A stretch of DNA of 61,195 nucleotides from Rhina ancylostomus (taxonomy: Eukaryota), in assembly GCA_030265395.1 (NCBI GenBank), contig JARFYF010000063.1, positions 104,493,517-104,554,711 of the forward strand, given 5' to 3'. This document shows positions 37,620 through 50,869 of this stretch, one piece after another. A program made the translations under genes and the position numbers. The notes beneath the pieces are model-generated. The model was given only the letters and a program-made list of their open reading frames with translations. It was not told the origin of the DNA and searched no databases. Numbering within the stretch: the stretch's first letter is position 1; each line of letters opens with the position of its first letter.

Positions 37620-39270
37620 GAGAGCATGTAGTTTACTGTTGCATTTCCTGTCATATGTACAAACGTCCCTCAAGTTTGCTCTTCTCTATTGGTAGAATCA
37701 ACTGAGTATCCCTCCCAACCTCTCGTACCTTTCACCTCTTTTTCCTTCAGAAGCTATTTACCAGGAGGAGAGTTCCAAAAAGTCTCATGACCCTTTGAGA
37801 GAAAAATTCCAGATTGTCCCACAGGAGGAGACATTCTCTCCATGTGCATTCTGTTACGACCCTTCAGGACCTTATGTGTTTCAGTCAATTCATTTTTCAA
37901 TCTTCTAAGCTCCAGCAAATACAAGCTTAGCTGTCCAATCTTTCTTCATAAGACAACCTATTCATTCTAGATATTAGTCATAGAGTCATACAGCACAGGA
38001 ACAGGCCCTGTGGCCCAACTTGTCCATGCCAATCGTGTAGCCCAGCGAGCTAGTCCCATCTGCCCTCGTTTGGCCCATAGCCCTTTAAACCCCTCCTATC
38101 CATGTACTTATCTAGATGGCTTTTAGATGTTGCTAATGTGCCCACCTCAACCACTATTTCTGGCAGCTCATTCCAAATACGCACCACCCTTCTGTTAGCT
38201 TGTTGAAACTGCATGATAGCTTTTGCAAATTATGCACCAGGAAACGCAGATCTCTCTGTACCTCAGACCACTATGATTCCTCACCATTTAGATTATATGA
38301 TTCTTTTTATTTCTATGACCAAAATGGACAATTTCACATTTTCCAATGCTTTCTGGAAGTCTAACTATTGTTCATCCATTAATTCCTGTTTATCCCGAGC
38401 ACATGTTACTTCTTCAAAGAACTCCAATTGGTAAAACATGAATTTCTTTTCACAAAACTGTGTTGACTTTACCCGATTATCTTGATTTTTTCAAAATGTC
38501 CACCTATAAAGTCTTTAACAGCTTCTAACATTTTCTTCATAACAGATATTAAGCCAACTGACCTGTAGTTTCCTATTTTCTGTTTCCTATTTTGAATAAA
38601 GGGATTAACTTTGCTCTTTTCCAATCTATTGAAACCTTTCCTGAGTCTACAGAACTTGAGAAAATTAAAACCAACACATCAATTATCTACCTAGCTACTT
38701 CTTTTTAGACCCTAGGATGAAGTCCATCAGTACCCTATGACTTGTCAGCCTGAAGCTCCAGTTTGCTCAGGACCACTTCCGTGGTGATTGTGATTTTCCT
38801 GATTCATTCCCTCCCTACCAATAACTGATTTGCAGCTTTCTGGGAAGCTGTTTGTATACATGTTAACAATGACCAGTGCAGGATACCCAGTTAACTTAAC
38901 TGCTGTTTTCTTATTTTCCAATATTGATTCCCTGATTTTCCAGTACTGATGCCACTTTCTACATGTCCAATGTTCACTATGTTAAGTCTTTTAAGTGTCC
39001 ATAGAAACTTTTGTCACCTGTTTTTACATTTCTGGCTAACTTTGTCTTGTATTCCAATATTTTTCTTCCTGATTAATCTATTAGTCATTCTACGCTGTTT
39101 TTTAGATTCAGTCCAATTTACTGACCTGTCACCTGTCATTGAACAATTATGTGTTTTTTCTTTAAGTTTGACACTATCTGTAACCTTTCAGTTAACCACA
39201 GATGGTAGGTCCTCCCCATGGAATTTTTCATTCTTGTTGAAATGTAACTATTCTCTGTGGTTAGCTTTCC
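37620..39270 (-). mobile_element. Degenerate CR1 ORF2 with a younger CR1 3' end nested at 37978-38192
   Basis: Reverse motifs gacaagtcataggg..gatggacttcatcctagg and ggaaactacaggtcagttggcttaa; nested copy starts catagagtcatacagcac. Confidence 0.75.
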
Positions 39271-39559
39271 ATCTGAATGACTAATGACCCAATCACTGTA
39301 ACAAATAAAGTGGAAAGTGAGCAGAAATATGATTGCCTGGAAATTGGATTATTCACTCTATTGTGCTGAGTATACTGCCAATGTCTAATTGGATCGCCTG
39401 CTAAAATTTGTCAAATTGGGCAAAAATAGAGTTGATGCCACATTATGGCAGTTTGCACACACCTTCACTCGCTAAAATAGGACTTGTGTGGTTGCCATTG
39501 GGAACTGCATGAAAAGCTCTTGGCTGCCGCATCACAGTTGCACTGAGTTCTGGGAAGTA

Positions 39560-40110
39560 TGACAGAGCTTAAACTGCTTTCCCAATAGCAGCCAGAGAAC
39601 TGGTGCAGAAAAGGCGGCCATGAAGGTGAGGGAAAATGTAGGGCAGAAGGTCAATGCTATTGTCAAAGTCTAGGCACTGCCAGGTTACTGTCTGGCCTGA
39701 GTAAGTCCTGTGCGGTGAGTGACCCCACACCACTGCGAGGTACAGGTTGATCAAGGAATGTGTTACACAGCTCAGACATGAGCAATAGGCTGTGAACACC
39801 AAAGGGCCCACCAGTGAATTTTCTCTAAAATATTAGGCATGGAAAAATGAGGCTGGCATGTCCTCTGTGGAAGGGATCATTGTCATAGTGCAGACCTTGA
39901 GTTGCAACTTCACCTGTGTGATGTGCTCAGTTTTTCTTTGACGGATCGGCTGTTGCCCAACCTCCTCCCCCACCCCCACCGAAAGTCTCCAAGTTATGTC
40001 TGTAAGGGAGGACACGTGTGGTGTGTGACGTCTATTGTCACGAGGTACATGACTGATACTGGACAGTCATTCAGCTGTACTATGGTGAATGGCGCACAGT
40101 AATCCTGGTC
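39560..40110 (+). mobile_element. Decayed Harbinger transposase relic
   Basis: Ordered remnants RHCQ/ALP-VTV, ECVTQL, AGMSSVEGIIV (~AGFPxVQGxID), LQLHLCD (~VQLVCD). Confidence 0.45.
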
Positions 40111-40961
40111 ATTTTCCTGACAGGGTCAATTTCACTATGCTGTCTTCAGTGCTATTACACTTAAGTCAATGATTAATGTTTTCCATCCCATGTACTGATT
40201 TGTAATGGGATGTTAGATGGAAAGATAGTTAAAAATATGATATTTATTGACACTCTTCAAAGCAGCTCAGCATCACTTCTCATTGCCAGCACATTTAACG
40301 TCCTGCAGGAAATTCCATTTTGTACTCTTGACATTAAGTTATAAATTCATGCAGGTTGGTGGACATAATACCTATAGTTACAAGGTAGAGTCTTCCTCTC
40401 CTCTGCAATGTTGGATTGATCTGGCAATGCTGTCAACCTTATGCAACAACATGATGGGAATAGCAAACATTTAAGCTGGACTTTAGTATCTATTTCAGAA
40501 TAACCTTTGGCAGCTGCACTTTGGTGTTCAACCTATTCAGCATTTCAGTGCAATGTATCAGTAGTGAAACATCACATAGTTTTCACGTTCACCGTGGAGA
40601 TGTTACCTTCCCCTCCCCCCCCAAAGACAATTTATTGTTTAAACTGAAATGTGAACATCCAAAAATGAAGTGATCCATAACATTGCTGAAATATACAATT
40701 AGTTATAAAAAATCCATCATGTGCATGGTGAAAAGAAAGGTATTTTCAGCAATCAGAGGAGGTAAACCTGTGAAACAGCCACTGTTGTTGAAGTCTGCCA
40801 TCCAATCAACAAAGATACAAGAAGTCCAAACTCAAGTATCGTCTGAAAATATACTGAATGGTCATTGCACCATATGCCAACAGCTCTTCATGGGTCTATT
40901 GAAGAAAATTTAACCGTGCCCAAGGCCCAATCTTCAAAAGATATCAAGGGTCCAATTAGTG

Positions 40962-41730
40962 TCATAGAGTTGTACAGCATAAAAACAGGACCTTTGTCCC
41001 ATTGCATCTATGCCAACCATTGTGCCTATCTATATTAATCCCACCTGCCTGCATTAGTTNNNNNNNNNNNNNNNNNNNNNNNNNNNNNNNNNNNNNNNNN
41101 NNNNNNNNNNNNNNNNNNNNNNNNNNNNNNNNNNNNNNNNNNNNNNNNNNNNNNNNNNNAGTTCCATAATCCCTCCATTCCTTGCTCATTCAAGTACCTG
41201 TTCAGATGCATCTTAAACGTTGTTAGTGTTCCTGCCTCCACCACCTCCTTTGGCAGCTCACTTCAGATACCAACTACTCTTTGTGTGAAAAATTTACCCT
41301 TCAGATTCCCTCTAAATATCCTCCCTTTCACCTTTAAATCCATGCCCTCTAGTTTTAGGCACCCATGCTATGTGAAACAGAGTCTGCCTATCTACCTTAT
41401 CTATGCCTCTCATAAGTTTATATACCTCAATCATATCACTGCTTAACCTCCTTTGCTCCAGGAAAACAGATATAGCCTATCCAATCTGTCCTCATAACTC
41501 AAGCCCTTCAATCCAGACAACATCCTTGTGAATCTTTTCTGCACCCTCTCAAGCTTAATCACATCTTTCCTGTAGTGTGGTGGCCAGAATTGCACGCAAT
41601 ACCCCTAGTCAACATTTTGTACGGCTGTATCATAATGTCGCAACTCTTGTGCTCGAGGTCATGTCTAATGAAGGCAAGCATACCATTTGTCTTTTTCACC
41701 ATCCTGTCTTCCTGTGTTGCCACTTTCGGG
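40962..41730 (-). mobile_element. CR1 3' fragment
   Basis: QEDRMVKKTNGMLAFI...PYKML and VEAGTLTTFKMHLNRYL. Confidence 0.9.
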
Positions 41731-41759
41731 GAATAATTGGGTCCAGGGGTGGGGTTTGG

Positions 41760-42090
41760 GGTGTCTGTGGATGTTGGAGGCACAACTGTGCCACGATGCA
41801 GAGGATGTTCCCATCAGAGATCTGATTGGTGCCATTGGGGTGAGATGCAGACTTTGGAGGCACAATAGGGGCTGTGGAAGGAGGTTGACTGAGGACCTTG
41901 GAAGCAGGACCAGGGACAGGATGTCATGTTGGAGATGGACAGTGATGGAGACAGTGGAGTTCAGCTTATGGACTGTTTGGGGACTAGGTTGTTGATCAGG
42001 GGCAGGGGGAAGGTCATGATCCAGGCTTGAACTAATTGTAAGATTGTTGGATTGAGGAGCCTGCATCATGGTGGGGATATTCAAAAGGCA
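41760..42090 (-). mobile_element. L2 RT fragment
   Basis: PLLCLQSLHLTPMAPIR resembles the L2 QSGF..HSTETAL region; degraded. Confidence 0.45.
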
Positions 42091-44404
42091 GAAGTCAAAT
42101 AATAGCATTTATCTTAGTGCAGATACACCAGGTATAGAAGTAATAAAACCTAGTTGTCTTGGTATTGGCTGGTGATGGGCACTCATAGAACAACACTGAC
42201 TAATTTTCCCAGCTACATTAATAGTGACATCTGATGTGAAAATCACCCCAAATGCTCAAGTTCAACTCATGGCAGCAAATGCCCAATTAAATTTCTATCC
42301 TGATGAAAAATCTCCTGGAAATTTTTGTAATTGCATTCCAGTCTGGGACAAATCCATTTCCAATTGGACAGTGCTGCAATAAACAACTCTACGTGATCGT
42401 ATTTCAAGGACACAGTATGCAGGGTATCCAATGAAAAGCTCTGCAGTATCTCCAGATATTCATTTGGCAACATCACCCTTTGCAAAGATAGAAAATGCTC
42501 AGTGTTAGATAAAACCAAAATGTAAGATATAGAGGAAAGAACCCATATTAAATGCTAATTTAATTTGAATATTAATTTAATCTGTTTACCAATCTAATGT
42601 TTTCTTTGAATAATGGACAACTAATTGATTACAATTAATTTCAATCTTCTAATATGACAATTTACATTTAAAATCATAACTAACTCACAGGTGGGTGTGA
42701 AATTGCATTTTTTTGTGTGATCTTTGCTAGAAAAACCATTGAAGACAATCTGTTAAGTAATCCTCTATATCCCACAGAAAGATGGGACAGCAACATTTAC
42801 AGCAATACTGCTAGAAGATAGCCATTTGGCTCCAACAAGGATGAAGAAATTGGTTTGGGTTCAAGCTACATGGATATTGCTGTAAACAGATGGTGTAGGT
42901 TGTATCCTCACTTGGTTTGTGAAGTTGGCCAGGTGGAAGAAATATGTGGAAGTGATTGGACATGAGGGAAGAGAAAAATCAAGTAGAAAGTGATACCTAA
43001 ACAAGAGGCAAATCTGTTGCTAACCATCTCTTTATTTAAATTTGCAAATGCACATTGAAAAACTTAAGCAATGCATGCCGACAGGTCCAGTCATTCAGTG
43101 GTAATATATAGGTTGACCAGAGAATCTGGCCTATATTCTTACTATCTTGAAATAAAATAATGAAATAACCAAACAACTCCTTTATCTGCTCTCAGTGCTC
43201 GAGAGAAGAGTCAAACATCATCAGTGATGATAAAACTGGAAGAGTTAACTAATTTCTATAACTTAAAATGTTTCTTTTTGCTCATTCCAGCCATTTTTTT
43301 GCATAATGAATGTAACATTAGATTGTAATTACCATGGAAAATATAGGGTTTGTGATAATTACTGCTTGAATATTAATTGATACAGAACTGGGCACAACCT
43401 AGACTGGCCTTTTTATGACAAGGTATAACTTCCTTGTGAATCCTGACAATAATTAGTGCTTAATTTGAAAGCAGTTATCTGGCAATTGATACCTACATAT
43501 TTATCTTGCATTCATTAGAATTCACTGAAAGAAAGCCGTATGTTTTTTTAAACTATACTTTTTGTTCTCCCTTTGTTAATTTTGGATGCATTCCAGAAAG
43601 TATTTGTTGGAAATTATTGCATTTAATAAGACATAATCACTTAACTCTTCTTAGCACAAAATAACATTTGAAAAATCCTTTGCAAGTCAGTTCAGTGAAT
43701 GGACTTGGACCAGTCTAATTCAGCTTAAAGTCAGGCTGTCTGGTATTGAAATCATCAGCTACAGTTATAGTGTTCACTGGTTTTCAGGTGCATTAGGAAA
43801 TCTTTTAAGACAGCATGACATCGTAAAATGAGCTAACCACTTGCTCAATCTTTTTCTTGGAGACTGAATAAACAATGACAGTTTTGAATAAATAGGGGAA
43901 CACACCATAAAAGGACAAAGCCACTGAGGCATCAATGCCAAAATCATTCTGGAGTTATGATTTTGGATCCAGATCCATAACAATAACTTTCTCATGGATT
44001 GCTTATTTCTTAACTACATTGAGAACAGTACAGGAAAGTGCAATCAGCTTGACCTGGGAAAAGGAAGATATGAAAAGCTTTGCATTGCTCCAGTTTCCTC
44101 AGTTCTAGCAATAATTTTACATTTGTTCAGATAGATAAGAAAGTAATTAGTTTTTTTTGTAAACTGAATGAACTTCATTTTGACATTGGATAATAATCAA
44201 TAGAAAATATAAACAGGGGAGGAAACATTATTTTCTAAAGTCAAACTTAGGAAAATGTTCTGCTGTGATGAAATAATTCTTGCGAAGCATCTTTGGGAGA
44301 TTTTCTTCCTTAAATGTTAAGGAACAGTCCATTACCTATAGATAAAGAAAAAAATAATGAACATTCCCTGTGTTTTGCTGGGTCAGGTATACATTAGAGT
44401 TTTT

Positions 44405-45392
44405 GAAGTCAAAGTCGAGTTTATAGTCATATGCACAAGTATGTATCTCAGTGATGAAGATGTAATGAAAAACCTGCAGCAGTATAACAGTCACATAGCA
44501 TCAGGGACAACATACACAAGAAAGACATAAATTAAACATAAGTTTTACAAAATTATTCAAGAAAGAACAGAATTAGAACAAAAAAAACCAAAGTCCATTG
44601 TAGTACGAAGTGGTCAAGGTGGTCATAGTGTTGTTATACTGAGGTAGTGATTAGGGTTGTGCAGATTGGTTCAAGAACTGAATGGTTGAAGGAAAATAGA
44701 CTATCTTGAAGCTTGTGATATGGGACTTCAGATTTCTGTACCCACTGCCCAATGGTAATTGAGAGAAGATGGCACGGCCCGGATGGTGGGGATCTTTGAT
44801 GAAAGATGTTGCCTTCTTGAGGCAGTGCCTTGTGTAGATACTTCCGATGGTGGGGAGGGATGTGCCTGTGATGTATTGGGTTGAGTCCACTACTCTTCTC
44901 AGCCTCTTATGTTCTTGCACATTCGAATTACCATACCGGACCATGATGCAACCAGTCAGGATACTTTCCACAGTGCATCTGTAGAAGTTTGTTAGAGTAT
45001 TTTATGATATGCTAAATCTCCTTAAGTTCGAAGAAACCAGAGGCACTGGTGCACCTTCTTCATGATTGCATCTTTGTGCTGGATCCAGGACAGTTCATCT
45101 GAGATGTTAACGCCCAGGAATATGAAGCTGCTGACTCTATCCACCTCCGACCCACCAATGAGAGCTGGCACCTGGTCTCCTGACTTCCCTTTTCTGAAGT
45201 CAATGATTAGCTCCTTGATTTTGTTGACATTGAGCATGATGCTCTATCTCAATCCTGTACGATGACTCGTCACCAGCCTCAATTTAGCCAAGAACAGTGG
45301 TGTCCTTGGTGAATTTGAAGGTGGAATTGGAGCTATGTTTAGCCACATAGCTGTGGGCGTAAAGAGAACAGAGCAGGGCTGAAGCATGCAGG
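44405..45392 (-). mobile_element. Rex-Babar LINE 3' fragment
   Basis: LNVNKIKELIIDFRK, VSSFIFLGVNISDELSW, ESILTGCIMVRYGN, IKDPHHPG; (gacttt) tail. Confidence 0.9.
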
Positions 45393-46497
45393 TAATAATG
45401 ATGTCAGAAATTATGGATGTTTTTGGTCATTTCAGTGGTGTTTCAACACCACAGTAAACTTTTTTTGAAATGCCTGATAAGAGTTCATTATTGGCAGTAC
45501 AAGTGTTAATTCTACAATTGGGCATTATTTATTTATTGATTTATCGTGAAATATTTCTTCCCAGATCTCAGAGGCATTGATATACTTCAGAACATGATTA
45601 ACATGGTACCTATCCCATGGGTAAACTAAAACACTGGTGTGTTCACAGGAGATGAACATACTTCTATTATGCTCTGAGGTTCAAACTTTTTTGTCATGGT
45701 TCTGAGTTCTGGCCCTCAATTTGGCTCCTTTAATGCCTTGTTGTCCAGCACATGGATTCCATGCNNNNNNNNNNNNNNNNNNNNNNNNNNNNNNNNNNNN
45801 NNNNNNNNNNNNNNNNNNNNNNNNNNNNNNNNNNNNNNNNNNNNNNNNNNNNNNNNNNNNNNNNCATAGAGCGAGAGGTTGTTGTGGTGTGATTGTAAAG
45901 GTGGGGTACAATTCTTTGTGAAGCACGTGAAGGTGGTGTTCATTTATTTTGCATCTTGAATTTATGGGTATAATATCATTACTTTAAGGCACCTAAAATG
46001 CAAGCAATATTCAACAGTAGCCTGATCAGTGCGTTACACAAATTCAGCTCTGCAGAAAATGGATTGTGTAGCACCCAATTATATTGTGCAAATAAATTGA
46101 GTTAATCGGGATTATTTGAGTGACCACATGTGGGTGAAGTAGGGCTCATCAGGGAACATCAGGGCTCAGACACCTCCATGTGCTACACATGTGAGAGCCT
46201 GTGATGCTTCCACTGTCATACGTAGACCTAATCAGAAATCTACCTGCACAACTTCCATTTCTGCCAATACTGGTGTGAATTGGAACTTTAGGACGCTAAC
46301 TCTGACTGTCCTGGAACAGTCTCAGTACAATTAGGAACACATCACATTATTTTGATGCTTTTATTGTTATTGAGATTCTGCTAACACCGGCAGGTCTGAG
46401 CGGGCACCTGAACTGACTGCAGGCCACGTCACAAATCCAACGAGTGTGCTTACTCCAACAGTGAAAGCTTTTCTCCAACACGTGGTAATGGAGATGC

Positions 46498-47745
46498 GTG
46501 TTCGATGGCTCCCTCAATGGTGACACTGCTGGCAGAAATCCATTTAATGAAGGGATTGGGATGGCAATGATTTGCCATGCAGGATGGGCTCAGACTCTTG
46601 GGGCATTAGATATGCCCAGCTGCAAAGCACATAACCCCTACCTGGACCTCTCCAATGAACCATGTAATCATGGGCTCGGGTATTACAAGGTTTTCACCAT
46701 TGAGATATGTGACCTTCTATGGGAAAACCTTCAGACGCACACTTGTGTCTGGATTGCCCTCTCCACATGGGTCAAGGTCACTATGACTATCAACTTCCTC
46801 GCAACAGGATCATTCCAAGTGTCAGTGGCAGAGCTCTTACATGACTCACATCTTGCTGCTCGCCACAGCCTCAGAGAGGTCCTCCAGGCATTGTATTCTC
46901 AGAGTGATGATTTCATCTGCTTTAGTTTCAGTGAGGAAGAGGTGATTTCTCAGACACAGGGATCTGGAAGTAATACTGCCTTCCTGTGCATGCAGACAAT
47001 GAGTGACAGTACTGACATGCCTGTAAGGCACATTAATGGCCAGGATCTTTTCTTCAACAGAAAGAGTTTCCACTCCCCAAATATGAAGATAGTTATACAT
47101 GATTAAAAGATGTCCCTGACAGTGAATGCCATGTTCTGGGAAGTACACGTGACATTTTCCTCCAATGTTACCTTGCAGGCTTTGGGTCCTTCAGCATGGA
47201 TTTCCCCATTTATTCAAGGCTATCACTATTTATTCAGTCTCCTTCAGAACAAGACGCCAGAGATTTATTGTGGCTGGTATTGCCCAGAGGGATAGATCTA
47301 GGAGATGAGGACTATCCTCTGCTTCCCTTGCACCTGACACCAGTACGCCATCTAAGCAAAGCAGCTGAGTGCTGATGCATTGGGAGCCATTGGTTTTCTG
47401 AACATGTCATTCTAGTCCTGTAAAAGCCTCATGGGGAGGGGGGAAGGGGAAGAGGGGTGGTGCTTGCAATACATGCTTGGCAGGTGTGGAGACTCTGCTG
47501 TGGTGTGTTGCATGCTGCAAAACCCAGCATCAAAAAACAGAGGCTGGTGCCTGGGGACGAGCAATGTGTCAACCTGGAGCCCGAGAGACATGAAGCGCGG
47601 GTTAAAGGGCTGCAGGAGGAAGAGGAGGGCATTCGGGGGAAAGCTCCAGCAGAACACCACCAGCCTCAGCTTCCAGCAGAGCAAAGGAGGAAGCTATTGA
47701 TTCCATGGGCAAGGAGGGAGCCCCTGATAGAAAAACGTTTTTAGA
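46498..47745 (+). mobile_element. PIF/Harbinger (HARBI1-family) transposase fossil
   Basis: YLDLSNE, ALSTWVKVTMTINFLATGSFQ, FFNRKSFHSPNMKIVIHD, then frameshifted GSTRD (~PGSxHD) and LQY...VVCCMLQN followed by an acidic tail. Confidence 0.85.
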
Positions 47746-47749
47746 TGGA

Positions 47750-47925
47750 ACAACGGCAGAAAATCCTTGAAATATTCAGCAGGTCAGGCAACATTTGTAG
47801 AGAGAGAAAAGGAATTAACACGTCAGATGGATGAATTTTCAGAAACTGCCTGATTTGATGAATATCTCCAGTATTTTTTGTTATTTCAAGATTTTCAGCA
47901 ACTACAGTCTGAGGCTTTTGTTTTT
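47750..47925. mobile_element. Penelope pLTR-derived hairpin
   Basis: gaaatattcagcaggtcaggca / tgcctgatttgatgaatatctc inverted arms. Confidence 0.65.
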
Positions 47926-48139
47926 CATTAGAATCCTGCTAAATAACAGACTACAATCCAGACAAAGAACCAACATTGTTCACCAGTTATCAGCTGAGAG
48001 ATTCAGATGATGCATAATATTCCCTCACATTAACCTTTGCAGGACAAATTGTACTGATTCATTCATAACATGCTGATGAATGAATCCCTGATCTTTTTAC
48101 TGAAATAGCTTGCTACAACTGTTTTCAGTGGTGTGCAGC

Positions 48140-48365
48140 TCATCCTGACGTGACTTGTGAGGAAATTTATTTTTGCATTGCTTGAGTGAGAGGAGCTACT
48201 CACATTTGGAGGGAATGGCTGGAGCTACTTACTGCCAAGCTCATCCTAGGGTGGTGTGAGCAAACAGAGTTTCTCTCCTGGCATTATCTCACTGAAGAGA
48301 ATGTCAGATCTTACACTAAATCTAGGGGCTCTCTCTATCTCCCAATGAGCATCTGTGTCATCCAT
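48140..48365 (-). mobile_element. Harbinger ORF2 (Myb/SANT-like DNA-binding protein) fossil
   Basis: Minus strand ERAPRFS ... AWQ*VAPAIPSKCE*LLSLKQCKK* matches the Myb/SANT pattern RAPRFS..AWxxVAxxV....RxxxQCRKK. Confidence 0.65.
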
Positions 48366-48689
48366 TGCAATCATTGTGCATGTGTTTTGCTGGTGTCTAG
48401 CTTCCGTGAGGACTAGGTCTTTAAGAGCTGATGCCATTCACTGATTGGCACCCAAGAACTTGTTGGAAGTTGCATCCAAAAAAATGACATTCCATCGGAA
48501 CAACAGCTGGTCCCACTCTAGTGTTTATTTCTGGGTGTAATCCTATTTCCAACATATTTTTGGTGAATTTCATAATATTTTGAAAGGAAACTGAATGACA
48601 TTTGAGCTGCACACTGTACATCAGAAAGGGGGCAAATTCCAATTTCTAAGCATTTGGCTTTAATGGGGATGTGGCTTGGATCTGAACAA

Positions 48690-49485
48690 AAATTGGAAAG
48701 GAGTTATTGAAATTCTTGTGTATTGCAGGCCAAGAAGTAGTGTGGTTGAGATTGAAAGAGAGAGTTGAGGATCCAGGTTTGACCTGAATCTTGGTAATGG
48801 TATTATCAAATGGATGAACTCTTGTAATGGTGCATTGTGCATCACTTGCAAGATCAAAATGTTGCCAGTCCTTATAAGGAAAGAAACATCAGTTGAATTA
48901 GTTCTCAGAAATGAAGTAAGGCAGGTAGCTGTTATGAAAACATTGGATAGACCGCAGAGTATCGTGCATAGTTTTGGTCCCCACACCACAGAAAAAACGT
49001 AGTAGCAAAATAAAAAGAGTGCAGAAGAGATTTACCAGGGTGTTGCTTGGAATGGCAGACAATAGTATTAAGGAGAGATTGGATAGGATGGGCTTATTCT
49101 TACTGGAACTGAGGGGTGACTTTATAGTGGTTTCTAAAATTATGAGCGGCATAGGTAAGACAGATAATCAGAATATTATTCCCAGGGGAGTCTAGAACCA
49201 GAGGGGACAGGTTTAATGCGATTGCAATGAAACTTAAAGAGATCTGAAGGGCAAGTTTTTCCACAGAGGATGAATAGCTGGAATGAGCTGTCAGATGAGC
49301 GGGTGGAGGCAGATACACTTACAAAGTTTAAAAGATGTTTAGACAGGTACTTGGATAGGAAAGACATAGAGTGATGCAGGCCTAATGTGGGCAAATGGAA
49401 CTAGTGTAGAAAGGCACCACAATTGGCACGGACAAGATGGTCCATCGGGCCTGTGTCTGTGCTGGACGTTTCTATGATTCTATGA
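48690..49485 (+). mobile_element. CR1 3' fragment
   Basis: KRVQKRFTRVLLGM...ERLDRMGLFLLELRGDFI; tail ttctatgattctatg. Confidence 0.9.
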
Positions 49486-50154
49486 AAGTAGAAGAACAAT
49501 TGACCAATTACATAGTCAGAAATGTGGGTGAAGGGAAGACAGGAGCTGGAGGTGTGGCAAAAGGTAGAGTTCTAGCCTAAATTAACTGGGCAGTAAAGTT
49601 CAATAAAGGACAAAACAATCATATTTCTGTAAAATAAAACTGGGATATTGAAGAAAAACAAACAAAATTTGTTGGCAAGGATGCTCAGTGACTACCTATT
49701 GTCGGAGATTGTGGAGCATAGATGGGAGGAGGATTCAATTTAAGGTGATTGCACCCCCCACTAAATTTCTGTGGTAGGGGATGAAATCGTATATACAACA
49801 TGGGTGTTTGGCAGCTTCCCGAGGTTAAAGCTGGGCTCAACCTTAGAAACTGATTGTGCCACTCATTTAATTCCTTTGTAGAACATAACATTCATTAACC
49901 TTTCTTCAGGGAAAGCTGGTGGAGAACAACACAATTACCCTGGAATCACATAACAGCCTTGCTCTCAAAGACCTTTCTTCGATCTGGAGCTGTAACAGCA
50001 TTTTCAGCACATTCTTGTTTCAACTTAACTTGTTTCATCTTGTGTCCTGCATTGTTGGCAGTGAGCCGACATATTAGGTTTGTAATGTTTGAACAGGAAG
50101 ATACAAGACAACACGAGCCAGTCTGCGTAACATTATGAAGCTAAAATTAAAAAA

Positions 50155-50245
50155 AAGACAGAAAATGTTGGAAATACCCAGCTGGTCAGGCAACATCATT
50201 GGTAAAAGAAATATAGTTAATGTTTCAGGCCAAAGACCTTCATGA
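50155..50245 (-). mobile_element. Penelope pLTR fragment
   Basis: acagaaaatgttggaaatacccagctggtcaggcaacatc...tttcaggccaaagaccttcat. Confidence 0.65.
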
Positions 50246-50869
50246 AGCTAGACTGCTGAGATTCTTATCATTTTAAAACCTGTTTCTCTTTTGTCTTTAA
50301 GGAAGCTGTGCTCATAATCTAACTCATTATGATAAGCTTTCAGTCTAGTTCCTTATTTCTTTAGCTAATTCTCCATTAGTACTTCCCATATTTAAGCTGA
50401 AAGTAAACATGTTCTTTTTTATCCCTTTTTGCAGATTTTGTTTTTCCTGTCTGAGGTGAAATGAGTTTGTGAGTTCAGTTAACGAGCACTCATCTTCAGA
50501 ATGAGAACACTTGCATTGTGTATTGTGACACCACAGTCATGCTAAATAAGCAGATTCAGAAGCTCAAATCTTTGCATCTGTGAGACCTTCTGGGTTAACA
50601 GTATCAGCAGAACTGTGGTCCATTACAATTCATAACATTATGTACCAACATATTCTTCACTCTGTCATTATCATCAAGCAAGCATCAGTCTAGTAATGGT
50701 TCAATGAGAAAGATAGATGGGCATTCTAGAGGCATTTTCAGGTGTAACTAAAAATGAAATGTCAATCTAATAAAGCTGTAACATAGGACTATGTCTGTAC
50801 AAAGTTTGAAAGATAAAGAGTCAACTGATCCCATAGCCAATCAAGTCAAAGTTCTGTTGTCCTACAGAT

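Noticed and set aside
44640-44665. tgaggtagtgattagg resembling let-7
   Set aside because: Lies within the Rex-Babar 3' region; the match is limited to the 5' ~10 nt and there is no hairpin partner.
46498-47745. Host HARBI1 gene
   Set aside because: Catalytic motifs degenerate, stop and frameshifts downstream, and an adjacent Myb relic indicates a transposon fossil.
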